64,000 nucleotides of DNA from Felis catus (GCF_018350175.1 NC_058368.1:174408001-174472000); one strand, 5' to 3'. Shown: positions 38,331 to 51,775, counted from the stretch's first letter. Made by a program: numbers and translations. Notes: a model not told the origin generated them from the letters alone.

Positions 38331-38547
38331 TTTAATTTTTTTTTAACGTTTATTTATTTTTGAGACAGAGAGAGACAGAGCATGAACAGGGGAGGGGCAG
38401 AGAGAGAGGGAGACACAGAATCTGAAACAGGCTCCAGGCTCTGAGCCGTCAGCCCAGAGCCCGACGCGGGGCTCGAACTCACGGACTGCGAGATCATGAC
38501 CTGAGCCGAAGTCAGACGCTTAACCGACTGAGCCACCCAGGTGCCCC
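38331..38547 (-). mobile_element. Felid Can-SINE
   Basis: TSD CCTACTGACCATAATTTTTT. Confidence 0.97.
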
Positions 38548-38669
38548 GCCTACTGACCATAATTTTTTAATGACAGCATAATATTTCTTTGGATAAACTA
38601 TGCTTTGCTATGCTGTGTTCTAATTCTTTGACACTTAGATGGTTTCTGTGTGTTTTTCTACCTTTATAA

Positions 38670-38980
38670 ATCAAGTCCATTAGGGGTCTTTAACAGCAAG
38701 TAACAGAAGCCAAGTCTGGAATGCTTAGACAGGAAAGGGATTTACTCGACGGGTATAGACGGGCTTGCAGAATTCACAAGGGGAGTGAAGATCCCGGTGA
38801 CTTAAAAGTCCAGGAATTGAAGAAGTTCCGAGGTTCTGTGTGGGGAGAACTACTTGACCGTCTGGATGCAGCTCTCCTGTTAGGCTACATGTCAGCTGTG
38901 GTTTCCTTGCGTTACTGCCCTGCAGAGAGAGAATGTGATTCATCGAACCTGGGTCATGTGCCCAGACCTGACCGATCAAC
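38670..38980 (-). mobile_element. Old MaLR (MLT1-like) LTR fragment
   Basis: ...cagcaagtaacagaagccaagtctgg...ttagacaggaaagggatttactc. Confidence 0.45.
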
Positions 38981-39037
38981 CAAATTACTGCTACGGGAAT
39001 ACTCTATCTTTGCACATACAGCTTTTTCTAGATTTTT

Positions 39038-39233
39038 AAAAAGGTCTGTTTATTTTGAGAGAGAGAGAGAGAGGGAGTGTGAGCTGGGGAGAGGCAGCGA
39101 GAGAGGGTAAGAGATCCAAGCAGGCTCTGTTCTGTCAGAGCCCAATGCAGGGCTTGACCTTACCAACTGAGATCATGACCTGAGCCGAAATCAAGAGCTG
39201 GACGCTCAACCGACTGAGCCACCCAGGCGCCCC
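39038..39233 (-). mobile_element. Can-SINE
   Basis: TSD TTTTTCTAGATTTTT. Confidence 0.92.
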
Positions 39234-40454
39234 TTTTTCTAGATTTTTGAATCTTTTTTTTTTTTTTTATGTGAAATGTCTCAGAGCGGAATGACGGGAC
39301 AAGAGGGTAGAACTTTGGAGGTGGCTCTTGATGTACGTTGTCACACATATGGGAGTATAGGAGGAACCTTTAGAAGCAATCCGAGTGGTAGTTCGTTGAA
39401 ATGGGGATTCAGGGATTATACGACGCATTACACAAAGCATTTTATTCGATCGCTGTCCGTGGCTGTATCTATTACACTGCTAACCCTTGATATAGAGCCC
39501 TGGCCCTTGTGTGTGTCCTCAGATTGGTCTTTTGTGTCGTCTTCCCTGCATGAGCATCGCTCACGATGCATGTCCAAAATTTTCGGTTTAGGATTCTGTA
39601 AAAGGGAGCAAGAACTCAGAGATCTTTGGGAAACGATCGGAACGCCTCATCCTTTCGGATTTTTGAGATTCCTACCCACTCTGATTCTTTTCAGTCTTGG
39701 CTCGCCCACACCTAATTCAACATCCATACTTTTGTGTGTGCGATTTGCTTTTTTTTTTCCCCCGAACCTTTCCGAAGACTTCAATTTAGTTTTCATTGAA
39801 ACAGCAGGTCCCTTACTTATCCCACTCATACTTAATTGGTTTTTATTATGTTTATTTTAATTAAGTAATTAGAAACACAGTTCAAGTGGTCCCAACAGGC
39901 TTGAGAACAAATACTACTTACTCCTGGTAAATAGACAGCTCACCTGGTGGGAGCATTAGCACACAGATGCTGGAGAGTACCCTGCGGTGGTGAGTGATGA
40001 CATCCCAGGGGGCATCAGTCCATGCTTTATGAGGTGACTGACCTGGCTGAGTGGAGCTGTTTAGGAGAAATTCTATCGTGCCAGTTTAAATGAACCCTCT
40101 CCATAGCTTACATAAAAACACAATATCAACACCATGGATCTGACATTGGTACAATGCGTGTGTTTCGTTCTATGTCATTTGTGGATTTGTGTGACAATGA
40201 CTGCAATACAGACCCAGAGCCAGTGCGACGCCACAGGTGTCCTTCTGGTGCTTCCATTTTGTAGCCACACCTACTTCCTTCCCCTTCACTCCCCCAACTC
40301 CTGACGACAGCCCTGCTCAGTCTACATGAATACAATTTTCTCATCCGGGGAACGCTGTTTAAACGGAATCACACAGTCTTTTCCCTTTTGAGATGGACTC
40401 AGCGTAATCCCTTGAGATCCATCCAAGTCATTGTATTTTTCAATAATTTGCTTC

Positions 40455-40689
40455 TTCTCTTTCTTTCTTTCATTCTTTCGTTCTTTCGTTCTTTCGTTCT
40501 TTCGTTCTTTCTTCCTTTCGGGAAAAACAGATCCCATGAGAGCAGGGCAGAGGGAGAGAGAAAGATCTCAATCAGGCTACACGCTTCGCGTGGAACCCAA
40601 CAGAGGGCTCAATCCCACAGTCCCGGGATCATGACCTGAGCTGAAATCAAGAGTCAGCCGCTTAACCGACTGAACCACCCAGGCACCCC
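40455..40689 (-). mobile_element. Can-SINE with tail converted to (TTCT/TTCG)n
   Basis: SINEC head at 40689; tandem TTCTTTCG units at 40474-40510. Confidence 0.85.
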
Positions 40690-40953
40690 GATAACTCACT
40701 TCTTTTTATTATTGAGTAGTATTTCCAGGTGGGGATGGACCAGTTTGTGTAACCAGTCATCAACATAAGGGCATTTTTGTTTTTTGCGGTTTTGAGCGAT
40801 TACAAATAAAGCTGTTCTAACAATTGTGTGCAGGCTTTCAGGTGGACATATGTCTTCATTTTTCTGGGATAAATGTCTAAGATTCCTCGCAATTCCTTGG
40901 GTTGCTTGGTGTGTGCCAAACTACTTTCTTCAGGGGCTGTGCATTTTATATTC

Positions 40954-41173
40954 TTTTTTTTTTTAACGTTTATTTATTTATTTTTTGGGGGACAGAGAGA
41001 GACAGAGCATGAACGGGGGAGGGGCAGAGAGAGAGGGAGACACAGAATCGGAAACAGGCTCCAGGCTCTGAGCCATCAGCCCAGAGCCCGACGCGGGGCT
41101 CGAACTCCCGGACCGTGAGATCGTGACCTGGCTGAAGTCGGACGCTCAACCGACTGCACCACCCAGGCGCCCC
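40954..41173 (-). mobile_element. Young felid Can-SINE in L1
   Basis: Full-length antisense SINEC. Confidence 0.95.
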
Positions 41174-41344
41174 ACATTCTTACCAGTACTAAGCAAGAGA
41201 TCTAGTTTCTTCACATTCTAGCCAGCAGATATTGTCAATATCTTTAAGTTTAGCTATTCTAATAGGCATATGGTGACAGTTCATTATCTTAACTTGCGTT
41301 TCCCTGATGGCCAGTGATATAGACCATCTTTTCATGTGTTTATC

Positions 41345-41870
41345 TGTGTCAGGGGTTTGAGGGATTTGGGGCGGATCAAGGAAAAAGGTACGGTCGTGAG
41401 AGGTAGTAATGCACAACCAACTTCATTGGGTGGTGCTTGGACAGAGTGGTGAGGGAAGTGCCTCAGAGTGGGAGTCTGTCCAGAGGCCATGGCTTGAGAG
41501 GTTGTTACTCAGAAGGGGAAGAGGGCAGGAAAGAGGAGGATCAGAGAAGAGGATTATGTGTCCAGACGGTGTTGGTCAGCAGCATGGAATGGCCTTTCTG
41601 AATCACAAAACTCCGAAGGGCCAAAGTAGCTTGGAGGTTTTACAACCGCAGGCTCCAGCTGTGGTCAACAGGTATGGCGTGAGGTTTTTCGGGGAATGCC
41701 AAGCAAGCAGGCTCTAAATGGCCAAAAATCTGCTTGTTTGGGCCATGATTAAAGCAACCAGACTGACACAAATTTGAGTCCGGTGCCAGCAGGCTTCGGT
41801 GCTAATGGATCTCGTCCCGCACTGAAGAAATAGGCAACACAGAGGCCATCTTGGCCTTATTTATGTAACA
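41345..41870. mobile_element. Probable solo LTR inserted into the L1
   Basis: TGT...ACA ends; L1 sequence catgtgtttat|...|tcgccatctgt resumes on both sides. Confidence 0.55.
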
Positions 41871-42119
41871 ATTCGCCATCTGTCTATTCTCTTCTAGGTA
41901 ATACCTCTCTGTGTCTTGGCCCGTTTTTTAACTCGATTGGCTTTTTTTTAATCTTGAATTTGGGGAGTTCTTTGTACGTTCTAGATAGGAGTTCATTGTC
42001 GCATAAATGGTTTGCAAACATTTCTTCCAGTTTGCAATCGATGGTCTCGTGGCCTTACAGTGTTTTTCACAAAGCAAAAGCTTTTCATTTCGATGAAGTT
42101 CTGATTTATTGATTTTTTC

Positions 42120-42231
42120 AAAAAAAGATTTTATTATTTTTAGGCAATCTGTACACCCAGTGTGGGGCTCCAACTTACGACCCCAAGATCAAGAGTCACA
42201 CGCTCCTCTGACTGAGCCAGCCAGGCATCCC
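42120..42231 (-). mobile_element. Short old carnivore SINE
   Basis: aatctgtacacccagtgtggggctcc...actgagccagccaggcatccc; TSD ATTGA(T/C)TTTTT. Confidence 0.82.
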
Positions 42232-43476
42232 ACATTGACTTTTTTTTCTTTTGAGGATCACATTTTGGATGTTGTATCTAAGAACTCTTCACCAAGTCTC
42301 AGGTCTCAAAGATTTTCTCCCATGTCTTTGTTTTTCTAAAAGTGTTAGAGTTCGATGTTTAACGTTTCAATCGACGGCCGATTTTGGATTGATTTTTGTA
42401 TAAGGGGTGAGACTTGGGTTGCGATTTATTTATTTTTGTTACGGATATTTTTTTGAAAATTTGACAATTTGAAACTCTGGCACCATTTTTTGGAAAAGAC
42501 TATGCTTTCTACATTCAATTGCTTCTCAAGGACCCTTCTCGAAATCCGTTGTCTGTACTTGCGTGGGGCTATTTCTGGGCTCTGTATTCTATTCCACTGA
42601 AGCCTCCCTTTCACTTCATCCTGTTAATATTTTCTAACTTCACTTGTGATTTCCTCTTCGACCCATGGATCATTCACACGTATGCTGCTTGATTTGTAAA
42701 TATGTAGGGTGGTCTCAGATATCTTTTTTTTTGTTATTGACTTATCACTTAATCCCATGTGGTTAGAGAATATTTCCATGTGGCTGCAGTCCCTTTAAAA
42801 ATGTTAAGACTTGTTACGACCCAGGATTTCATCTAACAGTGTTTTCCATCTGCATTTGACCAGAATGTGCATTCTGAAGTTGTTGGGTGTTGTCTGGGGT
42901 CTCTCCTGAATGCCCTCAGTTTTTTGTGACTTCTCTCCACTCTGGCTGGTGGGAACTCAAATGTCGCCCAGCTATGTGTGGGCAATGGAAATTGTTCAGC
43001 TTATAGCTCTGCTCTTTGCACAGCCTTGTAGAGTCTCGCCCTGTGCACACATACATTAGTATTCATCCAATGACAGGAAGGGGAACCCTACACAGATTGC
43101 CGAGGATGCTTCTCTGTTTAGTTCTGGTACTCTTCCAGAATTCTTTCCAGTATTCTTCCTTACAAATTCCAGTCACCTCTGTCTTCTAGGGTTTAGCAAG
43201 ATTTTAGTCTCCGCTTGGGCTTCTCCTCCCTATTCTGATTGCCAGAAACTAACTCCAGACAGAAAGTCAACGCATTTGTAAGACTCGTCTCATTTGCTGC
43301 CCTACTCTTAGTTAATTTTTCACAGCACTTTTCTTCTTATTGTCCAATGTCTGAAAGGAGTTTCTTGTATTTTGTCCAGTTTTTTTTTAGGTGTTTATGG
43401 TGCAGATATTGAACATTTCTTTGACACGTGAGCTTTGGACCAAGATTTTATTTTATTATTCATTCATCATGATTAC

Positions 43477-43572
43477 TTTTTTTAAGTAGGCTCCATACCC
43501 AATATGGGACTTGAACTCATGACCCTGAGATTAAAGGTCGCGTATTCTATAGACTGAGCGAGCCGGGCGCCT
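43477..43572 (-). mobile_element. Short old carnivore SINE
   Basis: aagtaggctccatacccaatatgggacttgaactcatgaccctgagatt...gggcgcc. Confidence 0.82.
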
Positions 43573-44394
43573 CTGGACAAACATTTTAATGAAATGAGCA
43601 AGCAAGCCATGGAGATAAGGTGTAGAAAAGAGCATGCTAGGCAGAAGGAACTATGGGTCAAAGTCTCTGATGGCTGAACCATGTGTGGCTTGGGTACCAT
43701 GATCCCTACTTCAGAGTGAAGAGATTAAATATCGTAGAGGTTAGCTCTTTACCTAAGACCTTATAGGGTAGGGGCAGATTCAACCCACACTTGAAAAGAG
43801 CATCTGAACTCCTTCCCCTGGGTCTCACCACCTGCCTAGAAGGCTGTTGCTTCAGTGAAGAGGAGATTTATGAGCTATGACTAACCAGGGCAACACGTTA
43901 TCTCGGGAGATGTTACGAATCGAAAATACAAATTGCTCAACGCGAGCTTAGACAAATGCAAGTCTGGAAGATTTGTAATGGCTTGGGGGCACCAAGGGGA
44001 TTTCCAGTGAATGTTTGTTAGTTCTGGTAACGGCTTTCCACAGGCCGTTTTCCTTCACGGAGCTTCCAGCGTGTTCTCCTCCGTCGGGGAAGTGCGCTCT
44101 CTTGTCTGACGCAGCCAAGTGACTTCTCTCACTCAGTACATTTGGGAGCCGTCAAGGAGGCGTGTGTGCTAACAATAGTTCCCATTACCCGAATGCCTAG
44201 TATACTCCAGATGCTTTACATACGTTATCTGAAGTCCACACAACCCTATGCAGTAAGTATTCTCATGCTATTTTGTTGAGCAAGGACGGAGAGCTTTGAG
44301 AAATAACGTACCAAGTCCTCTTTGTTTTCACTACACATTGCTCTAGTGTGGGCTAAACTTTGGGGGGAAGGGATCTAATGTGGCTGTTTTTTTT

Positions 44395-44613
44395 TGTTTA
44401 TTTTTTTTTAACGTTTTTATTTATTTTTGGGACAGAGAGAGACAGAGCATGAACGGGGTAGGGGCAGAGAGAGAGGGAGACACAGGATCGGAAACAGGCT
44501 CCAGGCTCCGAGCCATCAGCCCAGAGCCTGACGCGGGGCTGGAACTCACAGACCGCGAGATCGTGACCTGGCTGAAGTCGGATGCTTAACCGACTGCGCC
44601 ACCCAGGCGCCCC
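44395..44613 (-). mobile_element. Young felid Can-SINE
   Basis: TSD GTGGCTGTTTTTTTT. Confidence 0.96.
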
Positions 44614-45519
44614 GAGTGGCTGTTTTTTTTAGTCACTTGGTTAGATAGGAGTCCTTCTCTTTTCTTTTTTTTTTTTTTTTTGTGGTTTCCATGAGAATGC
44701 TAAAGAAGAGAAAAATAGATGGCCAGGTCAAGGGACGTTGCAGAGAGGTGTGGAAAACCCTGCAAAAAGTACGCCAAATGCTATCGTGGAAAACAATCAT
44801 GGAAAAATTGGAGCTGAGCCCTAGATGTTGCCATTAGGGGCCAGGCGGGGCCTTTACCCAAGACCCAGCTCCATACCAGGGAACGAACATGTTTCTGTAG
44901 CCTAGAGCAGAAAACCAAAGCAGTATGGATTTCTGCTTCTTCATTCCAAAGAAGACCAAAAAAAAAAAAAAAAAAAAAAAAGACTTTATGTCTATCCCTT
45001 ACTATTTCTATGGGTGTCAAGCACCATTTGTTCAGGAACTCGAGGATAATCCAACTTTTTTGCTTTTGACTTGTGTGGGTTGAGTCTGAAGGTGGCACTT
45101 ATCTCATAATACATTTCTATCCCTGACTCTCTTTGTTCTAAGAATTTCCTAGACAAATGAAATCACTTTAACAAAAACAGGTTCGGTTAATTCCTGATCA
45201 TTTAACATGACTAGGTAGGCAGTATTACATCCCTGACTCCTACTCAGACAAGTGTCACTTGCATCTGGCCCCAGAAGTGCCCCACAGGTTTATGTCATTG
45301 CAGCTGGGGTCAAGACTTTTGTGTCTCTAACTTTGATCGTGGGAAAAATGTAATCCTCTAGGTTGCTGAGGATTTAAAATAAGTTCTTGGCTTTCTGGAT
45401 CATGAGGCCTCCCTTATTCCTCTCTCTTTGTAGAAATTCCTCACGTTGGGGCTTGGTGCCTATCAATGCTCAGGGAAATTAGACGTTTCTGTGGTTACCT
45501 TGAGGACTCGACCAAGTTC

Positions 45520-46790
45520 ATACACGTCGCCTGCTCAGTTGTTCAACACGGCCGGTCTGAAACAGACCTCCCGACTTCCACTGCCAAGGAGTTGCTCCCC
45601 AACTCTTCCCTAACCCCACTCATTCGAGCTCAAGCTCAATCCTAAAAGTCATCCCTGACCTTGACTTTTCTCTTTCCCTCTCCTCCACATCCGGTCCATC
45701 AACAAATTCTGCTGGCCTACATTCCCAGTATCGATCCTAAATCTTACCACTTGGCTTTGCGACACCGTCCTCTCTCAAACAGACCAGTTCTCTCTGAACA
45801 GTTGTGTTAGCGCTTGGGCTGCCATCACAAAGTACCACAGACTGGGTGGCTTAAACTATGGAAATTTATTCTCTCATAATTCTGGAGGCTACAAGTCTGA
45901 GATCAAGGTGTCGGCAGGGTTCTCCTGAGGCCTCCCTCCTCAGCGTGTAGATGGCCGTCTTCTCCCGGTGTCCCTACGTGGTCTTCCTCTGTGTGTGTCT
46001 GTGTCCTAACCTCCTCTTCTTGTCAGGACATCGGTCGTGCTGGATGAGGGCCCACCCTAACGACCCTTATTTTGACTGAATTACGTCTGTGAAGACCCTA
46101 TTTCCAAATGCATTCTGAGGTACGGCGGGTTAGGGTTTCAGCCCACGAATGGTGCGAAGATCCAATTCAGCCCTTGGCACTGGGCTTCCTGCTTTCATTC
46201 TTGTCTCCCAAAGTCTGGTTTCCATATTTAAGCAGAGTGATCTTTAGATACGGTGACGCAGATCTTGTCACACCTCCCTGCTTAAAACTTTCCGACGCTT
46301 TCTTATTGCACCTATGTGTGCATTCCAGATTTCTATCTGGGCCCAGGAGGCCACCCCTACACCCCTCCAACCTCGTTTGTTACGACTTCTGTTTGCTCGG
46401 CCCCTTCACCCTTCTTTCTACTCCCCAGGTGCGTCACAGTCATTCCCACCTCAGGGACTTTGCACGTGCCGTTCTTGTTGAAGTGAAACACTTCTTCCAG
46501 GTCTTCCCCAAGGCTGGTTTCTTTTTATAGCTCCGATTCACCCCCAGAGTTACTTTTGCCTTCCTCAGTGCTCCCCTCTCCTGCCTGCCCGGCCAACCCT
46601 CAGCTCCAGCACCTTCCCTGTTTATCCTTTAAACAGACCTTCATCCTGTTTGATTTCCTTCTTAGCACGATCGCGAGCTCAATTTTTCCAGGTTTTAGAC
46701 GTGATATTTGTATTGTCTATCTCCTCCACGACAATGTGAACTCTAATATAAGTTCAGAGTCCAGGAAATAGTATTTGTTTAATTGCTGAA
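45520..46790 (+). mobile_element. L2 fragment split by an MLT1 LTR
   Basis: gtcatccctgacc...ccatcaacaaattctg...; cctcagggactttgcacgtgccgttc...; ends gtatttgtttaattg. Confidence 0.6.
45803..46175 (-). mobile_element. MaLR LTR (MLT1C/D-like)
   Basis: gggctgccatcacaaagtaccacagactgggtggcttaaac...gaaatttattctctcataattctggaggctacaagtctgagatcaaggtgtcggcaggg. Confidence 0.88.
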
Positions 46791-48481
46791 GGAAAACTTC
46801 TTCCGTGTGAACCTAGCACACACTTCCGTGCGGTTTTTTACTTGCCAATAAACTGACATCCTTTTACCTACGCTGTTCGCAACTGACATACTCCTTCGTT
46901 TGTCCAATAAACATTGATCAGATGCAGGCTCGTCGAGTAGGAAGGACCTGATCTTTGCCATCAGCAGCTGGGAAATTAAATCCTGTCTCTACTACTTACT
47001 TGCTGTGCGATCATTTTGCAAAACGTTTAAGCGTTCTGAAACTTTGTGAATCTGTAACATAGGGCTTAAAAATATACTTGTGCTTCCTTTAAGATGCATC
47101 TAAAACTAAGGTCGACTGACAGATGTACACAGGGACGGACGGATGGAGAGAGGTGTGATAATGCAAGTCTCATTAAGATTTAGTTGTAGAATCCAGGTGG
47201 TGGGCAAATGCGTGTTTACTGTAAGATTTTTTCGATTTCTCTGCATGCTTAAAACTTTTAATAATAAAACGTTGGAGGTGAGGAAGAAAACGGGGGAAAA
47301 AAAACACCCTTGCACGTTTGTTCTCAGAACGAAATGATATGCCATTTGTCACATACGTCCACAAAGGGGGCGCTGCAGGGTTCGGTGAATGCAAACTGCT
47401 CTTGTCACTGTTACGTAAAAACATGCTAAGTATTGTAGGAGGATCCAAGAGGAATAAGACTCCACTTCCTCTCCCAGTGGGCGAAGCAGATGCAAACTCG
47501 CCTAACACCATGAGGAATTGCTCTAATAAAGCCTCTGCTCAGGCAGGAGGTGCTGGATCGCAGAGGATGTTGGGTGGAGCCTTCCGGAAGCATTGTGCCT
47601 TCAGGAGAGGCGGATTGAGGGGCGCCTTGACGGATGGGGGGGCTGCTGTTCAAAGTGGGGGAAAAGAAGCTTTTGTTTAGTGGTCAGACAATGTGACATC
47701 CCTCTCTAGCCTGCAATGATTAGGGCTGTCCTTTCCACAAACAGTTCCTTGGGTTTTTAAGGAACTTAAAACTCCTTAAAAAGTTAAGGAACTTCACCCT
47801 TTGGGTTTCAGATATACTATTTCATTTCCTCTTACAGCTCAACTTGAAGCCCTATCTGGGGACACAATGAACTTCGGCAATCTTGCACTCAGAGTGGAAA
47901 CTCAGGTGTTAGAGAATCTACCTTTGTTCCTAAGTTCCTTCTTGGAACAAAACCTGTGTTTTGTTAGGATTACATTGGTGCCTTAGCATACATACAGTCT
48001 CCTAAGAAGATATGATGGGTCAGACCTTCCAGAACCAGGATGGCACTCAGTGGGACTGATTTTCTATGCCTTTTGCCCTCTATAAACAGGAAGATCGGAT
48101 TTGATCAAACCAACAGAAGTTTCTGTTTATTGTGGAGGAGTGTCTTTCTCCCAAAACACTTAGCACTTGCAAATAAATTAAATATATTCATTCTTGCAAC
48201 TGGTGTTATTTCTTCCTAGGAAACTCAGGCTAAAGAAACCTCTAAATGCAGCTTCAAATTCAAGGCAGCCAAACTGTCAGCCCATAACACAGAGAAGGCA
48301 GGAATCGAAATCTTTCCAAGTCACGCAGCTGTAGCCACGTTCCAGTCGTTCCTTCCCTTCCTCCCTCAACAAACTTGCACGAGTTCCAGTTGTGTGCCAG
48401 GCCTTGTGCCCGCAATCGGGGATGTGAAGATGATTTAGACACACTTCGGTTCCCCCCAGGAGCTCACAGGCCAGCGGGAGG

Positions 48482-49202
48482 CGATGAGGGAGCGTGGGGC
48501 AAGCTGAGGGCAAAATACAGGCTGCCCTCCTCCCCCCCTCTGCTCCCGGGTGGAATCTGTGTGATGATCCTCGGACACTCCTCGCTCCCCAAGAACAAAG
48601 GAAAGGGGTTTAAGTGCTTGCCACGGTGCTGTGGGAAGCTAAGGCAAATGAAAAATTAAATTCCCTTTCTGCCTACAGCCCGTTGACAAGTCCTTGAAAC
48701 GGGCAGCGTGACCTCCCCTAGGAGCTCAGCTGCCTCCACGATGACACTTGGCTAGGGGCAAAACAGAACCTGAACTTAACATTATCCCAGCCTCGAGGAT
48801 CCTGTAAATCTACGTCCTTTCTCTCAACTGCCCCAGGATATATGCTGGCAGTCATACTCCATGCTTATAGCACTCCCCCCACCCCCATATGCATCTGAAG
48901 GGTCTCGTGACTCAAGTTTTATTAAATGGTAATAAGGGGCATTTCTCTAGCAACAACTAGCCCCTCAAGGTCCTGGAAACCTTGCTTCCAAAATGCCTTC
49001 GAGACGTTACTGTATCCCTGATGCCGTCCCAGCCCGCGGGTATATGATGAGTTACCCGTCACGACCCCAGTGCAGCAATTCCTGCCCACGGGTCCCGTCC
49101 CCGTGCTTTAATAAAATCGTCTTTTTGCACCAAAGACGTCTTCAAGAATTCTTTCTTGGCGTGGGCTCCGGACCACCCCACCATCACCCCGAAACTTCAT
49201 CA
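48482..49202 (+). mobile_element. Solo ERV LTR copy D (721 bp)
   Basis: (C)GATG...CATCA ends, TSD GGAGG at 48477 and 49203, AATAAA ~49110; homologous to LTRs A-C. Confidence 0.88.
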
Positions 49203-51261
49203 GGAGGCACTGACATTTGCTACTGTGATCGGGGCCAACTGAGGGAGAGACGCTGGGGTCTGGGCGCCCGGCAGGAAGAGGGACAGAATGAAACAGTCTT
49301 GGACACATAGATAAGCTACAAACTCCCTTCACATGAGTCAAAACCAGAACGCCTTTGCTTTGTTCTTTTCCTTAGAAAATTGCGAACACGGAAGGCTTTG
49401 CGCTTACTTTTAAGCAAATAACGTCAAAATGCCAAACACAGCTGTAAATCCTGAAGGACTTGAAAAGAGATTTCACTGAGGTTGTGTTGATAAAAGATGG
49501 GAAGGGAGAACTGATGAATTTGGAGCAATTATCTCGGGCCAGCACTTACAGAAAGCATTTCATTTAATCCTCAAACAGCTCTGGGGCACCTCACTGGGGA
49601 CGACAATGACGCTCGAGGAGCTTGGGTGATTTTCTCAAGCCACAGGGAAGAGAGGTGGGAGGTGAACCCTCATTTTAGATTCCTCAACGCCCGTGCTCAT
49701 TCTGAAGACTTGCGTCCCATTTCAAATGGGACCTGTTTTGTTCAAGGAGAGATGCTGGGGGCTTCTGCAGAGAAGGGCACGGACATCTCTCCAGGGGACA
49801 GATCTATGCCGTCTGTGGCAGCCGGGGTGGTCTGGGGAGGCAGCTGGGGAGGACTAAAACGTTTGGCCTTGACCATAAACCGTGATAGCCCCTGGAGCCC
49901 GAGGGGAGGAGGTAAAGGGGCAGTCAAATGGCTACGCCTTTGGGTGGATGCGTCTCCAAGCTGAACTGGGATTTGAAGCGCCATGCACCTGTTAATTTCT
50001 CTTTGGTACTTTTCTGAAGAGCCCCAAGTAAGTAGACGATGAAGGAACCACCAGTTAGTTGGAAACGCCATCTTAGTCACCTTTTGGGGTGAATAGACAC
50101 GAAGGTAGGGGAGTGCTGATATGGAATGGTATTATGAAAAAGGATCCAAGAGGGTTCAAATCCTGCTCTGCCAATCAGCCTCCTCCCCCTGAGAGCGTAT
50201 TTATATACCTAGTACGAGAGCACAATTGGAATTAAAGGACCACCGCGTTAATATCTGGGCAAGTATCTCAGTAGCTTTCTGGGACAAGATTTTCCAAACC
50301 ACCTCCCCTCGGCAGATCTGGATGAGGGATCAGAATGCCCTGTGGGTCTGCAGGGGAAGAGGGAGAGCCCCGGGCCCTATGGAGGTCTGTTTCTCCACCC
50401 AGCCCCACTGATGGGAAGAGGGAGGGGGGAGGGTGGTTGACTTGCCCTAAAGAACTAGCCGGGTCTAGAGTGAAAGACACAGGGTGGAGTGAAAACCTTC
50501 AAGGTACACTCACCCTACCCAGACCTCATCTCACACTCTGACCGGCAGTTGGCTGATCTTCCTTCCTGTGGGGAGCTATGGAGGAGGTCGAGAGACCTGC
50601 CTGGCCCGGGAGGAGGGTTAGAGGCTGGTAAAGACCAGCCTTCCACTATGTAACTATCTCTTTTCTGGGTAGTGCACCCCAATCCACAGGACATGAAGGG
50701 GGCCACTGGCAGTTACGTTGGTTCCATATGGACCTGTCTTTCTGGTCATACGGACTGGGATGCACCAGCCAGGGTTCTTGTCCTACGAATACGGAATTTG
50801 CTTTGATGGGGAGTTGGTCTTACTGCACAGCTAGGCTTATAATATGTGAACTTGAGACTCTAGATGGTGTCTTCTAAATAAACCCAAGGACCAAGTTGCA
50901 GAGAGAGTAAGTTTTTCCAGGAGAAACAAACAAATGAAGCAAATGCACAGAGAGAAGCAGGGAGCATCCTGATAGCTTACTTTGGCTCCATTCTAGATCT
51001 TTCCTAGGCTCCTGCCGCATCTCTGCCCTGGGTTTTTATGAGCTACATCTGCTTCCTGTGAATATATTTCTTTTTACTTAAGCTGAGGACTTCTGTTCCT
51101 TCTAACCACAAGAATTATGTCTAACACAGTTAGTAAATAAGCTTAAAAAAGACAAATTATTTCATGCCATGCAACTGTTCAGTGTTCCTTCTCTAACACT
51201 ATTTTTATTTTCTTGAAAAACCTTGTAGCCTGGGCCCTAAAATATAACAGGACTGCATTCA

Positions 51262-51775
51262 TCAGCAATCCCATTCCGGGTTATTTATCCTAGAGACATG
51301 AAAATCAGGTTGACACAAAAACCTATACGCAGATGTGCATAGAAGCCGTCTTCGTGATTTCCAAACAGTGGAAACAAAACCTGGCTTTCAACAAGTGAAC
51401 GGGTAAGCAAAACGTGGCCCATCCCTGCAACGGAATACTATTCAGCAAGAAAAACGAACAGGCTGTGAAACACGCACCACTTTGGGTGCATCTCAAAGGC
51501 ACTGTGCTGCAGGAACGAATCCATCCTTGAAACGGGGGCACGATTTCATCCAGCATTTAGGTGGCATCATCAAAAGGGCAAAACCACAGGGACAGAGAAC
51601 AGATCGGGGGTTGCCAGGATGTAGCGTGAAAGAGACTATGCCGGATAGTAGGCAGGAGTTTGCCCCGCTGACGGACGGGACCGTTCTCTAGCCTGATGGC
51701 GGTGGCGGTTATGCGAATGAACGCGTGTGTGAAAATTCACAGAAATGGGCACGGATGGAAAAAGGTCAGTGTTGC
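51262..51775 (+). mobile_element. Old L1 3' fragment (L1MB/ME-like)
   Basis: cagcaatcccattccgggttatttatcctagagacatgaaa...ggaatactattcagcaagaaaa. Confidence 0.8.

Larger units (their letters stand above)
40120..42900 (-). mobile_element. Fragmented old L1 (3'UTR/ORF2 end), interrupted by three SINEs and an LTR
   Basis: Antisense L1 motifs: cttgcgtttccctgatggccagtgatatagaccatcttttcatgtg; tttgcaaacatttcttccag; caccattttttggaaaagactat. Confidence 0.8.

Noticed and set aside
39276..39860. 194-aa ORF
   Set aside because: No recognisable homology or exon context
47357..47376. CTCF-like CCACAAAGGGGGCGCTG
   Set aside because: An extra base breaks the core spacing; weak match
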